Shown piece by piece: positions 1 through 13,462 of a stretch of DNA of 64,000 bases. Numbering within the stretch: position 1 is the stretch's first letter; every line of letters starts with the position of its first letter. The position numbers and the translations under genes were made by a program. Under the pieces are notes generated by a model. It worked only from the letters and a program-made list of their open reading frames with translations, did no database searches and had not been told where the DNA came from. Source of the DNA: an uncultured Alphaproteobacteria bacterium (GTDB lineage: Bacteria > Pseudomonadota > Alphaproteobacteria > Micropepsales > Micropepsaceae); contig CAWEXK010000014.1 in assembly GCA_963812975.1 (NCBI GenBank), positions 96,310 to 160,309 on the forward strand, written 5' to 3'.

Positions 1-42
1 ACTCTGCGCCTTGCATGAATTATGTCCGGCGCGACGTCGCCA

Positions 43-639
43 TCAATGCATCTGTATCGCTTCGGTCTGGGTTACCAGCGGAACCTTGAAGCTGGTGATT
101 TTCCTGTCGAGGCGCTGGATCGTTGCCTGCGTGATATCCAGCCCGCCTACGCTGGCGACAACGGACGATTTTTCGACCACCATGTCGGCACCGCGCTCCA
201 ACATGATGGCCTGAACGATTGCACCGACCTCTGCCAGATACCGTTGGCGGGCGACCAGCTCTCCCCCCTGGATCAGGCTCTGGCGAGCCGTTACGTTTTG
301 GCGATAAGCAGTTTCCTTTGCCTGAAAGGCCGCAGTTTTCTTTGCGCGGACGTCAGGCGGCAATGTCGGTTGTTCCTGCTGCAGCGCCTGCATTTCTTTT
401 CGCAGCGCCTCTCCCTGTGCACCGAATTCGGCCTGCACCTTGTCCTCGTAGGCGAGCACCTGCCGCCTGATATCCTGTCCCAGCCTGGACTGGGTCATGA
501 TCGCATGTTTATCGACGAACAGGGTACGCGGTCCGGCGGAGCGAGAGTTGCTCTGCGCAAACGCAGCTCCTCCCAGCACGACCACCGCGAGCGCGACTGC
601 CGAAATCCTGGAGCGCAACCGCGCTTGCGAACCTGTCAT
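43..639 (-). CDS. OmpH/Skp family periplasmic outer-membrane-protein chaperone
   Basis: Signal peptide (AVALAVVVLGGAAFAQ), LFVDKHAIMTQSRLGQDI start, coiled-coil body, C-terminal LDITQATIQRLD typical of Skp. Start set at MTGSQ within ORF 43..699. Confidence 0.75.
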   Translation of the reverse strand: MTGSQARLRSRISAVALAVVVLGGAAFAQSNSRSAGPRTLFVDKHAIMTQSRLGQDIRRQVLAYEDKVQAEFGAQGEALRKEMQALQQEQPTLPPDVRAKKTAAFQAKETAYRQNVTARQSLIQGGELVARQRYLAEVGAIVQAIMLERGADMVVEKSSVVASVGGLDITQATIQRLDRKITSFKVPLVTQTEAIQMH

Positions 640-723
640 GATCAAACCTCCAGTCAGTTCATTGCGCGGAACAAATGCCATAGGGCGATTGTCCGCCACA
701 AGGGGATGCGGGCCGGCGCGCCT

Positions 724-1833
724 TCAGTACAACACCACGCTGCGGATCGATTCGCCGCGTTCCATCAGCTCGAAGGCGTCGTTGATCCGGTCCAGCGGCA
801 TCCGGTGCGTGATCAGTTCGTCGATGGCGATCTTCTTTTCCATGTACCAATCGACAAGGCGCGGCACGTCGGTGCGGCCGCGGGCGCCGCCGAAGGCCGT
901 GCCCTTCCAGACGCGGCCGGTCACCAGCTGAAAGGGCCTGGTCGAGATCTCCGTGCCCGCCGGGGCGACGCCAATGATCACCGACGTGCCCCAGCCGCGA
1001 TGACAGCATTCGAGCGCCTGGCGCATCGTCTGTGTATTGCCGATGCACTCGAAACTGTAATCGGCGCCCCCCTTCGTAAGCTCCACGAGGTGGGCAACGA
1101 GGTCACCAGCCAGCGCTTTGGGATCGACGAACTGCGTGAGACCGAGCTTGCGCGCCAGCGCCTCCCGCGCGGGGTTGAGATCAACGCCGACGATCATGTT
1201 GGCGCCCGCGAGCCTTGCGCCCTGCACGACATTCAGGCCGATGCCGCCCAGACCGAAGACCACCACATTGGCGCCGGGCTCCATTCTGGCAGTGAAGATG
1301 ACTGCGCCGATTCCCGTGGTCACCCCGCAACCGATGTAACAAATGCGGTCGAAGGGTGCGTCCTCGCGAACTTTGGCGAGAGCGATCTCCGGCATCACCG
1401 TGTGGTTCGCGAATGTCGAGCAGCCCATATAGTGCAGGATTGGCTTGCCGTTTTTCGAGAAGCGGCTGGTGCCGTCAGGCATCAGGCCCTTGCCTTGCGT
1501 GGCACGGATGGCAGTGCAGAGATTGGTCTTGCGGCTCAAGCAGGATTTGCACTCCCGGCATTCCGGCGTGTAGAGCGCGATGACGTGATCGCCCCTGGAG
1601 AGCGTGCGCACGCCGGGGCCGATGTCGACGACAATTCCCGCGCCCTCGTGACCGAGGATGCAGGGAAACAGACCTTCGGGGTCGGCGCCGGAAAGCGTGT
1701 ATTTGTCGGTGTGGCAGATGCCGGTCGCCTTGATCTCCACCAGCACTTCGCCGACCTTCGGTCCATCGAGTTCCACCGTCTCGATCGACAAGGGCTTGCC
1801 GGCCTCCCAGGCAACGGCCGCACGAACCTGCAT
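724..1833 (-). CDS. frmA: S-(hydroxymethyl)glutathione dehydrogenase / class III alcohol dehydrogenase
   Basis: GICHTD, GHEGAG, CRECKSC..C Zn motifs, GLGGIG, ECCHRGWG, STRPFQLVTGRVWKG. Confidence 0.95.
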   Translation of the reverse strand: MQVRAAVAWEAGKPLSIETVELDGPKVGEVLVEIKATGICHTDKYTLSGADPEGLFPCILGHEGAGIVVDIGPGVRTLSRGDHVIALYTPECRECKSCLSRKTNLCTAIRATQGKGLMPDGTSRFSKNGKPILHYMGCSTFANHTVMPEIALAKVREDAPFDRICYIGCGVTTGIGAVIFTARMEPGANVVVFGLGGIGLNVVQGARLAGANMIVGVDLNPAREALARKLGLTQFVDPKALAGDLVAHLVELTKGGADYSFECIGNTQTMRQALECCHRGWGTSVIIGVAPAGTEISTRPFQLVTGRVWKGTAFGGARGRTDVPRLVDWYMEKKIAIDELITHRMPLDRINDAFELMERGESIRSVVLY

Positions 1834-1913
1834 GTTTGTTCTCCCCGCGTGTCGCGCCGAGGACGGGACTATCGCACAGGCGTTTGAACGGAAAGTTGCA
1901 TCAGCTCGGTGCC

Positions 1914-1937
1914 TGCTCCGACGGGCTCAGCATGAGG
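1914..1937. repeat. Degenerate REP-like palindromic repeat (family B, copy 1)
   Basis: tgctccgacgggctcagcatgagg matches the reverse complement of 26593-26620 with about 3 mismatches. Confidence 0.55.
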
Positions 1938-1989
1938 ACATTTCTTGATTGCATCGCCTTCCATGGCAACAGGTACACAGGCGAAATTA

Positions 1990-5803
<3,814 letters not shown>

Positions 5804-5805
5804 AC

Positions 5806-6930
5806 TCAGACCCGCATGGGCATGAGAACGTAAAGAGTGCCGCTGTCGTCGGAATCCTCGATCAGCGTCGGCGAGCCGGCGTCCGACAGGAGGAAGCGCA
5901 CTTCCTTGCCGTCAATCTGTCCCGTGATATCGAGCAGATAACGCGCGTTGAATCCGATTTCGAGCGGGTTGGCGCTGTAGGATGCCGCTACCTCTTCGGT
6001 GGCGGTTCCCGAGTCCGGATTGATCACCGACAGCGTCAGCTTGTCCTGGGCGATGCTGAGCTTTACCGCGCGCGTCTTGTCGGCGGAGATCGTCGACACC
6101 CGATCCACCGCCTGGGCGAATTCGCGCGAATCGAGCGACAGGACCTTTTCGTTCGCCGCGGGTATCACGCGCTGATAGTCGGGAAATGTGCCGTCGATAA
6201 GCTTGGAGGTGAGTTCCACTCCCTCGGTGGTGAATTGGATCTTGGTGTCGGACAGGGACACCTCGATGGCACCCTGCGTATCGTCGAGCAGCCTTCTCAG
6301 TTCGCCGATCGTCTTGCGCGGGACGATGGCGCCGGGCATCTCGGCGGCGCCGTCCGGAAGCTCAAGCTGGAAGCGCGCCAGCCGGTGGCCGTCGGTCGCG
6401 ACGGCGCGCATCTCGCCCGTGGCCTTGCCGTCCTTGTGCGCGTGGAGATAGATGCCGTTGAGATAAAACCGCGTCTCCTCGGTCGAAATTGCAAAGCGCG
6501 TCTTGTCGATCAGTTTCTTGAGATCGTCGGTCTGCAGACGGAAGCGGAAGGGCAGGGCGCCGGCCGTCATCTGCGGGAAGTCTTCCTTGGGCAGACAGGC
6601 GAGTTCGAAGCGCACGGTGCCCGACGAAACGGCGAGCCGGCCTCCTTCGGAAGTGAGCAACTCGGCCTGGACCTGGGCCCCCTCGGGGAGCTTGCGCACA
6701 ATGTCGTAGAGCATGTGCGCGGGGGCGGTCGCGGCGCCATTGCGCAGCACATCGGCCGCAAAGGTTTCGACGATCTCCATGTCGAGATCGGTGGCGGTCA
6801 GCTTGAGCCGCCCTTTGCCCGCCTCGATCATCACATTGGAGAGAATGGGGATCGTGTTCCGGCGCTCGACGACGCTTTGGATGTGATTGAGCGCCTTCAG
6901 GAATGCACTGCGTTCGACGGTGACTTTCAT
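5806..6930 (-). CDS. dnaN: DNA polymerase III beta sliding clamp
   Basis: MKVTVERS..VERRNTIPILSN, STEETRFYLNG, ATDGHRLA, YVLMPMRV. Confidence 0.97.
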   Translation of the reverse strand: MKVTVERSAFLKALNHIQSVVERRNTIPILSNVMIEAGKGRLKLTATDLDMEIVETFAADVLRNGAATAPAHMLYDIVRKLPEGAQVQAELLTSEGGRLAVSSGTVRFELACLPKEDFPQMTAGALPFRFRLQTDDLKKLIDKTRFAISTEETRFYLNGIYLHAHKDGKATGEMRAVATDGHRLARFQLELPDGAAEMPGAIVPRKTIGELRRLLDDTQGAIEVSLSDTKIQFTTEGVELTSKLIDGTFPDYQRVIPAANEKVLSLDSREFAQAVDRVSTISADKTRAVKLSIAQDKLTLSVINPDSGTATEEVAASYSANPLEIGFNARYLLDITGQIDGKEVRFLLSDAGSPTLIEDSDDSGTLYVLMPMRV

Positions 6931-7081
6931 GGCTCGAAATGTGTCGTTTTTCCACGCGTTGCGGCTCGCGGGTGGCAACCTTCCACCGATCGAAAGCCCT
7001 GATTTTCTTGAATTCCCGACGGGGCGAGACTCAAGACCGGGACTATATCAGGGAGCGACGCGCGAGAACAGCGATTCCGCC

Positions 7082-7113
7082 TGAAAGGAGTCCCCCGGGA
7101 CGAAGCCCGGGGG
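7082..7113 (-). terminator. GC-rich hairpin just downstream of dnaA (possible terminator or processing site)
   Basis: cccccggg-acgaag-cccggggg stem-loop with only a weak pyrimidine tail on the minus strand. Confidence 0.4.
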
Positions 7114-7129
7114 GCAATTCCCGAGGGGA

Positions 7130-8569
7130 TCAGCTTTCCTTGCCCAAGACCCTTTTCAGAAAATCCACTTCCTGCTTGAAGGTGGGATCTTCGTCGCATA
7201 GCGCCGCGATTCGCCGGCATGCGTGCAGCACGGTGGTGTGATCGCGCCCGCCGAACCGGCGGCCGATCTCCGGCAGCGAGCGCATGGTGATTTCGCGCGC
7301 CAGAAACATCGCCACCTGCCTGGGCCGTGCCACCCGACGACTGCGCTGGGCCGACTGGAAATCGCGCGGATCGAGCTTGTAGAAATCGGCGATCTTGCGC
7401 TGGATGTCTTCGATCGAAGTCTTGCGCGCGACGGCGCCGCGCCTGACGATGGTCTCCACCGCGGCATTGAAAGCAAGCGGATTCTTCGTCAGTTCCACAT
7501 GCAGCGTGAGATTGTTGAAGAAGCCGATCAGGTCGCGTGGCGTGGCATCCTCCAGAGCCGCGATGCGCTCCAGTGCCTCGTCGGGGATCGCAGTCTGCGC
7601 GCGCTTGCGGGCGTATTCCTCCGCCCGCGCCTTGAGTATGCCGAGCCGCGTTGCACGCTCCGGTTTTTCGAGTGCGATGACCAGCCCGCCGCAGAGCCGC
7701 GAGCGCACATCCGCTCCCAGGCCCTCGAGCATCGCAGGCGGCCTGTCCGCTGCGATGACCAGTTTGCGCCTGAGGTCGGAATAGGCATTCAACGTGTGCA
7801 GAAGTTCCGACATGGTCGAGGTGCTGCGGCACAGATGCTGCAGATCGTCGATCAGAAGCAGGTCGGCGGCACGCAGCTCCTCCTTGAAGCCCAGCGTTTC
7901 CCGGCGATTGAGCGCGCCCAGAAACTGCCGCATGAAATCCTCCGCGCCCAGCAGGAGCGTGCGTCTGCCGCGCCTGCGGGACTTCGAGGGCAACTGCGTT
8001 CAAGAGGTGCGTCTTGCCCAGACCAAAGCTGCCGTGGATGTAGAGCAGCGAAACATCCTCGCTGTCGTTGTCCACGAAATTGCGCGCGGCGCAAAACGCC
8101 ATTGCGTTGGCAGGCCCCTGCACGAAGGTCGCGAAGGATTGCGCGGGGTCGGGCGCGCGGAAGAAGAGGGGCTGGGCACCGCCGTGCTTGGCCTGGTCCG
8201 AACGTTCCAGGGGCGGCGCCGGCAGAACCGAGATCGAGGCGACGGGCTGAGAGGGACTTCTCCGGTCTCGCCAATCCTCCGCCGATGACCGCCGGTATGG
8301 CTTGCTCGAGCACCACGGTGATGGACGCCGGAATGCCACCTTCCGCGCGCAGCGCCTTTTCGATGCGGCCGACATAGTTGTTGGCGACCCAGTTGCGCAC
8401 GAAGGGTCGCGCGGCGCCGAATTTGATATCATCCTTGCGGAAATCCAGAAGGGCCAGTTTTCCGATCCATGCCTCGAACACGGGCTCTCCGAGTTCGCGG
8501 CGAAGCCGATCGCGCGCTGCGGACCAAACGGCAACCCAGTCCGGAGTTCTTCTTTAGCACCTGCGTCAT
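7130..8569 (-). CDS. dnaA: Chromosomal replication initiator DnaA (about 3 frameshifts, probable sequencing indels)
   Basis: Domain I (ELGEPVFEAWI), Walker A HGSFGLGKTHLL, Walker B LLLIDDLQ, domain IV RSLPEIGRRFGGRDHTTVLHA, spread over ORFs 7852..8481, 6927..8534 and 7130..7993; upstream of dnaN. Confidence 0.92.
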
Positions 8570-8703
8570 TTTTCCATGCCCTCTGAAATGACCGGGGAAT
8601 CCTGGTCCCCGGCTGCCCTTCGATGGAAGATTGGATTCCTTTGTTATTCTTATCTTTGAGTTCTTTCCGCGCGCTCTTTTCTCTTGATCACCAATCCTTT
8701 CGT

Positions 8704-9153
8704 TCAGCTTTGTTTCCAGGGCAGGCCGGCCGCTTTCCAACCATTCCTGGCGCCGCGGCGCCCCGCCGCGTCCGCGTCCCCCTCGAACCCGCCCGCGACA
8801 TTGAACGCGCACGCGAAACCCGCCTCGGTCATGGCGATCGCGGCTGCCCGCGATCGCCCGCCGGACCGGCAGAGAAACAGGACAGGATCTTCGGGTCCGG
8901 CTCCCGCAGCCCGCAAGCTCGCGTTCAGCGTAGCGGCAAAGTCGGGATTGGTATGAAGGCCCGGATAGGTCTGCCACTCGACGAGATGCAGCTGCCGGCC
9001 AAGTCCGGAGAGGTCCGGCATGCCCACGAAATTCCATTCCGGAGCGGTGCGCACGTCGACGAGTTGGGCTTTCGGGTGACGGTGAAGGGTCGCCCAGGCC
9101 TCCTCGGGGCTTATATCACCGGCATAGTTGGCTTTTCCCGGCATCCCGGTCAT
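8704..9153 (-). CDS. Single-domain rhodanese-like sulfurtransferase
   Basis: YAGDISPEEAW, LVDVRTAPEW, active loop FLCRSGGRS, NVAGGFEG..GWK..GLPW. Confidence 0.9.
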   Translation of the reverse strand: MTGMPGKANYAGDISPEEAWATLHRHPKAQLVDVRTAPEWNFVGMPDLSGLGRQLHLVEWQTYPGLHTNPDFAATLNASLRAAGAGPEDPVLFLCRSGGRSRAAAIAMTEAGFACAFNVAGGFEGDADAAGRRGARNGWKAAGLPWKQS

Positions 9154-9580
9154 GATCGCCCCAACACACAATTCCCCGGCCGGCGCGCCGCAACACGCCG
9201 CTGATCAATCAAACCAAAGACAAAGCTTTTCCGTTCAGACGCCAATACAAGCCGACCTGGCTTTGGCGTCTATGCCCCACTTGCGATTATTGTTGTTGCT
9301 CGCCGGCTTTTCTTCGTCTCGTCGCCACCAGCCGAATCAGGATACAGAAGGCGTTAACCTTTGCAACGTGAACAAATCAGGAATAAAGACTTTCCGTGAC
9401 AGCCGCTAAGTACTTGACCGTGTACTGAAAATTGGAAATCTTTGTTTTTCAGCAGGTTAGTCTGTGAAAGATTTCTTGCATTTTTTCGGCGAAATAAAAC
9501 TCCGGCTACGGATGGAGAAAAGCGCGCGCGTATAAGGGTTTAGAATCCCTGCGCGGAATTTGCCTAATGAAGCACGGTGT

Positions 9581-9847
9581 TTAGCCGCCCAGCTTCGCCA
9601 GCCGCTTGGTCAGCCGGGAAATCTTGCGGCTGGCCGTATTGCGATGGACCACGCCCTTGGACGCTCCGCGCATCAGTTCGGGCTCGGCCGTCTTGAGCGC
9701 CGCAAGCGCTGCCGGTCGGTCGCTGGCCGCCAAGGCTTCCTCGACCTTCTTCGTGAAATTCCGGATGCGGCTCTTGCGTGCGTGGTTGATCGCGGTCCGT
9801 TTTTCGTTCTGGCGCACGCGTTTCTTGGCCGAGTCGATGTTGGGCAT
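9581..9847 (-). CDS. rpsT: 30S ribosomal protein S20
   Basis: [39 protein letters not shown]. Confidence 0.96.
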   Translation of the reverse strand: MPNIDSAKKRVRQNEKRTAINHARKSRIRNFTKKVEEALAASDRPAALAALKTAEPELMRGASKGVVHRNTASRKISRLTKRLAKLGG

Positions 9848-9878
9848 GATCCTCTCGTCACAGGATGGAGGGCGCGTT

Positions 9879-9907
9879 CCTTAGCCCGCGCCCGGCACCG
9901 GGGTCAA
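9879..9907 (-). promoter_or_regulatory. Putative sigma70 promoter of rpsT
   Basis: TTGACC-N17-CTAAGG on the minus strand, about 30 nt upstream of the ATG. Confidence 0.5.
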
Positions 9908-9922
9908 TGCGCGCGCCGCGGA

Positions 9923-10699
9923 TCACCGGTTTCGAAACCCCGGTTTGCGCTTCTCGGAGAATGCAGCCATTCCCTCCTTCTGATCGTCCGTCGCGAACAT
10001 GGCGTGGAAGACGCGCCGCTCGAAACGGATGCCCTCCGCCAGCGTCGTCTCGTAGGCACGGTTGATGGTCTCCTTCGTCATCATGACGATGGGGAGCGAC
10101 TGGGCGGCGATATTCTGCGCGGCTTTCGTCGCTTCCGAAAGAAGGTCGGCGAGGGGAACGACGCGGCTGACGAGCCCGGCACGTTCGGCCTCCCCGGCGT
10201 CCATCGTGCGACCGGTCAGGCACATCTCCATGGCCTTGGACTTGCCCACGAACCGCGTCAGGCGCTGGGTGCCACCGATGCCCGGCATCACGCCCAGATT
10301 GATTTCGGGCTGGCCGAATTTCGCGTTGTCCGCCGCGATGATGAAGTCGCACAGCATCGCGAGCTCGCACCCGCCGCCAAGCGCATAGCCTGCGACCGCG
10401 GCGATGATCGGTTTGCGGATGGCGGCGATCCTGTCGGCAGCGCCCGCGAAAAAATTCGTCTTGTACATGTCCATGTACGATTGGGGCGCCATCTCCTTGA
10501 TGTCGGCACCGGCAGCGAAAGCGCGATCGGAGCCGGCAAGGACCGACACGTGAAGCGACTCATTCGCGTCGATCTCTTCGAGCGACTGCACGAGTTCGCC
10601 GAGAAGCTCGGAATTGAGGGCGTTGAGCGCCTTGGGCCGGTTGAGGGTGATGATCGCCACCGCACCTTCCGTCCTCACAACGATGTTCTGATATTCCAT
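9923..10699 (-). CDS. Enoyl-CoA hydratase
   Basis: LNRPKALNAL, AFAAGADIKEM, GGGCELAMLCD, FGQPEI, GGTQRL; usual neighbour of rpsT. Confidence 0.93.
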   Translation of the reverse strand: MEYQNIVVRTEGAVAIITLNRPKALNALNSELLGELVQSLEEIDANESLHVSVLAGSDRAFAAGADIKEMAPQSYMDMYKTNFFAGAADRIAAIRKPIIAAVAGYALGGGCELAMLCDFIIAADNAKFGQPEINLGVMPGIGGTQRLTRFVGKSKAMEMCLTGRTMDAGEAERAGLVSRVVPLADLLSEATKAAQNIAAQSLPIVMMTKETINRAYETTLAEGIRFERRVFHAMFATDDQKEGMAAFSEKRKPGFRNR

Positions 10700-10761
10700 G
10701 ACCGTACTCCCACGCTGTCCGCGCATCCCTCGCGCGCCTTGCCGGCCAAGGCAAGATCAAT

Positions 10762-11187
10762 TCAGTCTTCGCCTGGCCTGGCGCGCAGGCGCTTCAACTG
10801 TCCACGCTCGGCCTTGCGCTCGATGCGGCGCTTCTTGCTCGCCGCCGGCGGCTTCGTCTGCCGCCGCGGCGGTGGGGGCGTGGCCGCATCGCGCAGCAGC
10901 GCGACGAGGCGCGCGCGAACATCGGCGCGATTGCGGTCCTGGCTGCGATGGCGGCGTCCCACCAGAATCAATTCGCCTGCCTTGGTCAGACGCCTGCCTC
11001 CGCTATGAAGCAAACGTTGACGCACGGCATCGGGCAGCGAGGGCGAATGGACAATGTCGAAACGGAGCTGCACCGCGCTTGCGACCTTGTTGACGTTCTG
11101 ACCGCCGGGGCCGGCCGCGAGGATAAAGCTTTCGTCCAGTTCACTCTCGTCGATCGAGATTTGCGCGGTGACGTGAATTTTCGCCAT
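10762..11187 (-). CDS. arfB: Alternative ribosome rescue factor ArfB (YaeJ)
   Basis: GPGGQNVNKV, RSQDRNR, basic C-terminal tail. Confidence 0.92.
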   Translation of the reverse strand: MAKIHVTAQISIDESELDESFILAAGPGGQNVNKVASAVQLRFDIVHSPSLPDAVRQRLLHSGGRRLTKAGELILVGRRHRSQDRNRADVRARLVALLRDAATPPPPRRQTKPPAASKKRRIERKAERGQLKRLRARPGED

Positions 11188-11284
11188 GATCGCTTTTCGC
11201 ATGGGCTGGCGTGTGCGATCAAACGCCAGCGGTTTGGCGTGCTTTCCCCTGCGGCCTCGGCGTTGAATTTTTTGGAGAAAAGGA

Positions 11285-11752
11285 ATGGCAGATACGTTGG
11301 AAGGCGGTTGTGCCTGTGGAGCGGTACGCTATCGACTTCTCTCCCGGCCGATGTTCGTAAATTGTTGTCATTGCCGCGATTGCCAGCGGCAGACAGGGAG
11401 CGCGTTTGTCATCAATGCGGTGATCGAGACCGACCGGATCACGGTGCTGACGGGCACTCCGCAGCCTGTCTGCGTTCCCACGGACAGCGGCCGGCCGCAT
11501 GATATCCATCGCTGCCCGGCATGCGGGACCGCCCTTTGGAGCGATTATGGCCATCGGCCGCACCTTCGCTTCGTGCGCGTCGGCACGCTTGACGAGCCGG
11601 CGGCGCTGCCGCCCGACGCACACATCTTCACCCGCTCCAGGCTGTCCTGGGTCGGCCTGCCGGCGGAGGTGCCGGCGTTCGACGTGTATTACGACATGAA
11701 GACGCTATGGCCGACTGAAAGCCTTGAGCGCCGCCGCGCGATATCCGGATGA
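11285..11752 (+). CDS. GFA/CENP-V family Zn-binding protein
   Basis: GGCACGAVRY, CHCRDCQRQTG, CPACGT motifs. Confidence 0.88.
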   Translation: MADTLEGGCACGAVRYRLLSRPMFVNCCHCRDCQRQTGSAFVINAVIETDRITVLTGTPQPVCVPTDSGRPHDIHRCPACGTALWSDYGHRPHLRFVRVGTLDEPAALPPDAHIFTRSRLSWVGLPAEVPAFDVYYDMKTLWPTESLERRRAISG

Positions 11753-11755
11753 CGC

Positions 11756-12631
11756 CTAGCGCTGGCAGGACGGACAATAGAAGGTGGAGCGCCCGCCTTG
11801 CACGATGCGCTTGATCCTGCCTTTGCAGCCGGCGCGCGGGCAGGCAGCGCCGACGCGGCCATAGACCGCGAAGTGATGCTGGAATTCACCCAGCGCGCCG
11901 TCGGTCCTGGCATAGTCGCGCAGACTCGACCCTCCGGCTTTGATGGCCGCGCGCAAAACGGATTTAACCGCTCCGACAAGCGCAGCGGCCCGGCCGCCGC
12001 CGATTTTCGCGGCTGCTCGTTTGGGCGAAATGCCGGCGCGAAACAGCGCTTCGCAGACATAGATGTTGCCAAGCCCCGCGATCGTCCGTTGGTCGAGCAA
12101 CGCCGATTTGATCGGCGTCCGCCGACCCTTCAGGGTCTTTTCGAGATAAGAGGATGTGAATTGCTTTGACAGGGGCTCGACGCCCAGGCTCTTGAACAAG
12201 GCATGGTCTTCGAGCGTCGCGGTGTCGAGCAGAAGCATCAGACCGAAGCGCCGGTGATCGGTAAACACGATTTCGGCCGGCGCATCGGTTTCGATGATGA
12301 CGTGGTCGTGTGGCCCCCGTCCTTCTCCCGGCGGCAGGGGCTCATACACGTAATCGCCGAGCCTGCGCTCTCCGCCCTGGGCGTGGACGCTGAGGCGACC
12401 CGACATACCCAGATGGATCACCAGCGTCTCGCCGCCATCGAGTTCGGCCAACAGGTACTTGGCCCGGCGGAACAGCCGCTGCACATCCCGACCGCGGAGC
12501 CGCGCCGCAAAATCCGGCGGAAACGGCAGCCGGAGATCACCGCGGCGCGTGGTGACCCTGGTTAATCGGTGATGCTCCAGAACCGGCGCAAGGCCCAACC
12601 GGACGGTTTCGACTTCGGGCAGCTCGGGCAT
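11756..12631 (-). CDS. mutM: Formamidopyrimidine-DNA glycosylase
   Basis: MPELPEVE, HLGMSG, GLGNIY, C-terminal Zn finger RSTFYCPSCQR. Confidence 0.97.
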   Translation of the reverse strand: MPELPEVETVRLGLAPVLEHHRLTRVTTRRGDLRLPFPPDFAARLRGRDVQRLFRRAKYLLAELDGGETLVIHLGMSGRLSVHAQGGERRLGDYVYEPLPPGEGRGPHDHVIIETDAPAEIVFTDHRRFGLMLLLDTATLEDHALFKSLGVEPLSKQFTSSYLEKTLKGRRTPIKSALLDQRTIAGLGNIYVCEALFRAGISPKRAAAKIGGGRAAALVGAVKSVLRAAIKAGGSSLRDYARTDGALGEFQHHFAVYGRVGAACPRAGCKGRIKRIVQGGRSTFYCPSCQR

Positions 12632-12694
12632 CGGGTATCAGGCATCGAGGCTCGGAAAGAATGCACCAACGTTAGCATCATTCTTCTTCCGCTG

Positions 12695-12722
12695 CCTGAT
12701 ACCTGATACCTGATACCAGATG
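12695..12722. repeat. Short tandem heptamer repeat (CCTGATA)x3+ running into the ubiE start codon
   Basis: cctgata cctgata cctgata ccagatg, with an inverted counterpart at 12629-12650. Confidence 0.7.
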
Positions 12723-13460
12723 ACGGATTTCGGCTACCGCGATGTAACGGAAGCCGAGAAGACTGTGCTGGTGCGCGGTGTCTTCTCGTCGGTGGCATCG
12801 CGCTACGACCTGATGAACGACCTGATGTCGGGCGGCGTGCACCGCCTGTGGAAAGACGCCATGGCCGAATGGCTCAATCCCCAGCCGGGGCAGCACATCG
12901 TCGACGTGGCCGGCGGGACGGGGGATATTGCCTTCCGCATTGCCGCGTTGGCGCGCAGCCGCGGAAAAGGAACAAAAGTCGCGGTCTGCGATGTCAATGC
13001 GGCGATGCTCGCCGAGGGGGTGCGGCGCGCGCAGGACCTGGACGAAGGGGATGTGGACTGGGTGTGCGGCGATGCCGAGAATTTGCCGATTGCGGATTGC
13101 AGCATGGACGCGTGCACGATCGCTTTCGGCATTCGCAATGTGACGCATATCGACGCCGCGCTCGCCGAGGCGCGCCGCGTATTGAAGCCGGGAGGACGCT
13201 TTCTTTGCCTCGAATTCTCGCGCGTACAAGCGCCCCTGCTCGATGCGTTCTATGAGCGCTATTCGTTCGCAGTGCTGCCGCGGCTTGGCGAGTGGATCAC
13301 GCAAGACGGCGACGCGTATCGTTATCTGGTTGAAAGCATCCGGCGGTTTCCCTCGCAGAAGGCGTTCGCCAGGATGATCGAGCGCGCCGGGCTTTCGCGG
13401 GTCCGGATACGCAATCTAGCGGGCGGCATCGCCGCCATGCATTCCGCCTGGCGGATCTAG
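12720..13460 (+). CDS. ubiE: Ubiquinone/menaquinone C-methyltransferase
   Basis: [45 protein letters not shown]. Confidence 0.96.
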   Translation: MTDFGYRDVTEAEKTVLVRGVFSSVASRYDLMNDLMSGGVHRLWKDAMAEWLNPQPGQHIVDVAGGTGDIAFRIAALARSRGKGTKVAVCDVNAAMLAEGVRRAQDLDEGDVDWVCGDAENLPIADCSMDACTIAFGIRNVTHIDAALAEARRVLKPGGRFLCLEFSRVQAPLLDAFYERYSFAVLPRLGEWITQDGDAYRYLVESIRRFPSQKAFARMIERAGLSRVRIRNLAGGIAAMHSAWRI

Positions 13461-13462
13461 CC

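Noticed and set aside
9154-9580. oriC call
   Set aside because: AT-rich and near dnaA, but I found no clear TTATCCACA boxes, and alphaproteobacterial origins are often unlinked to dnaA.
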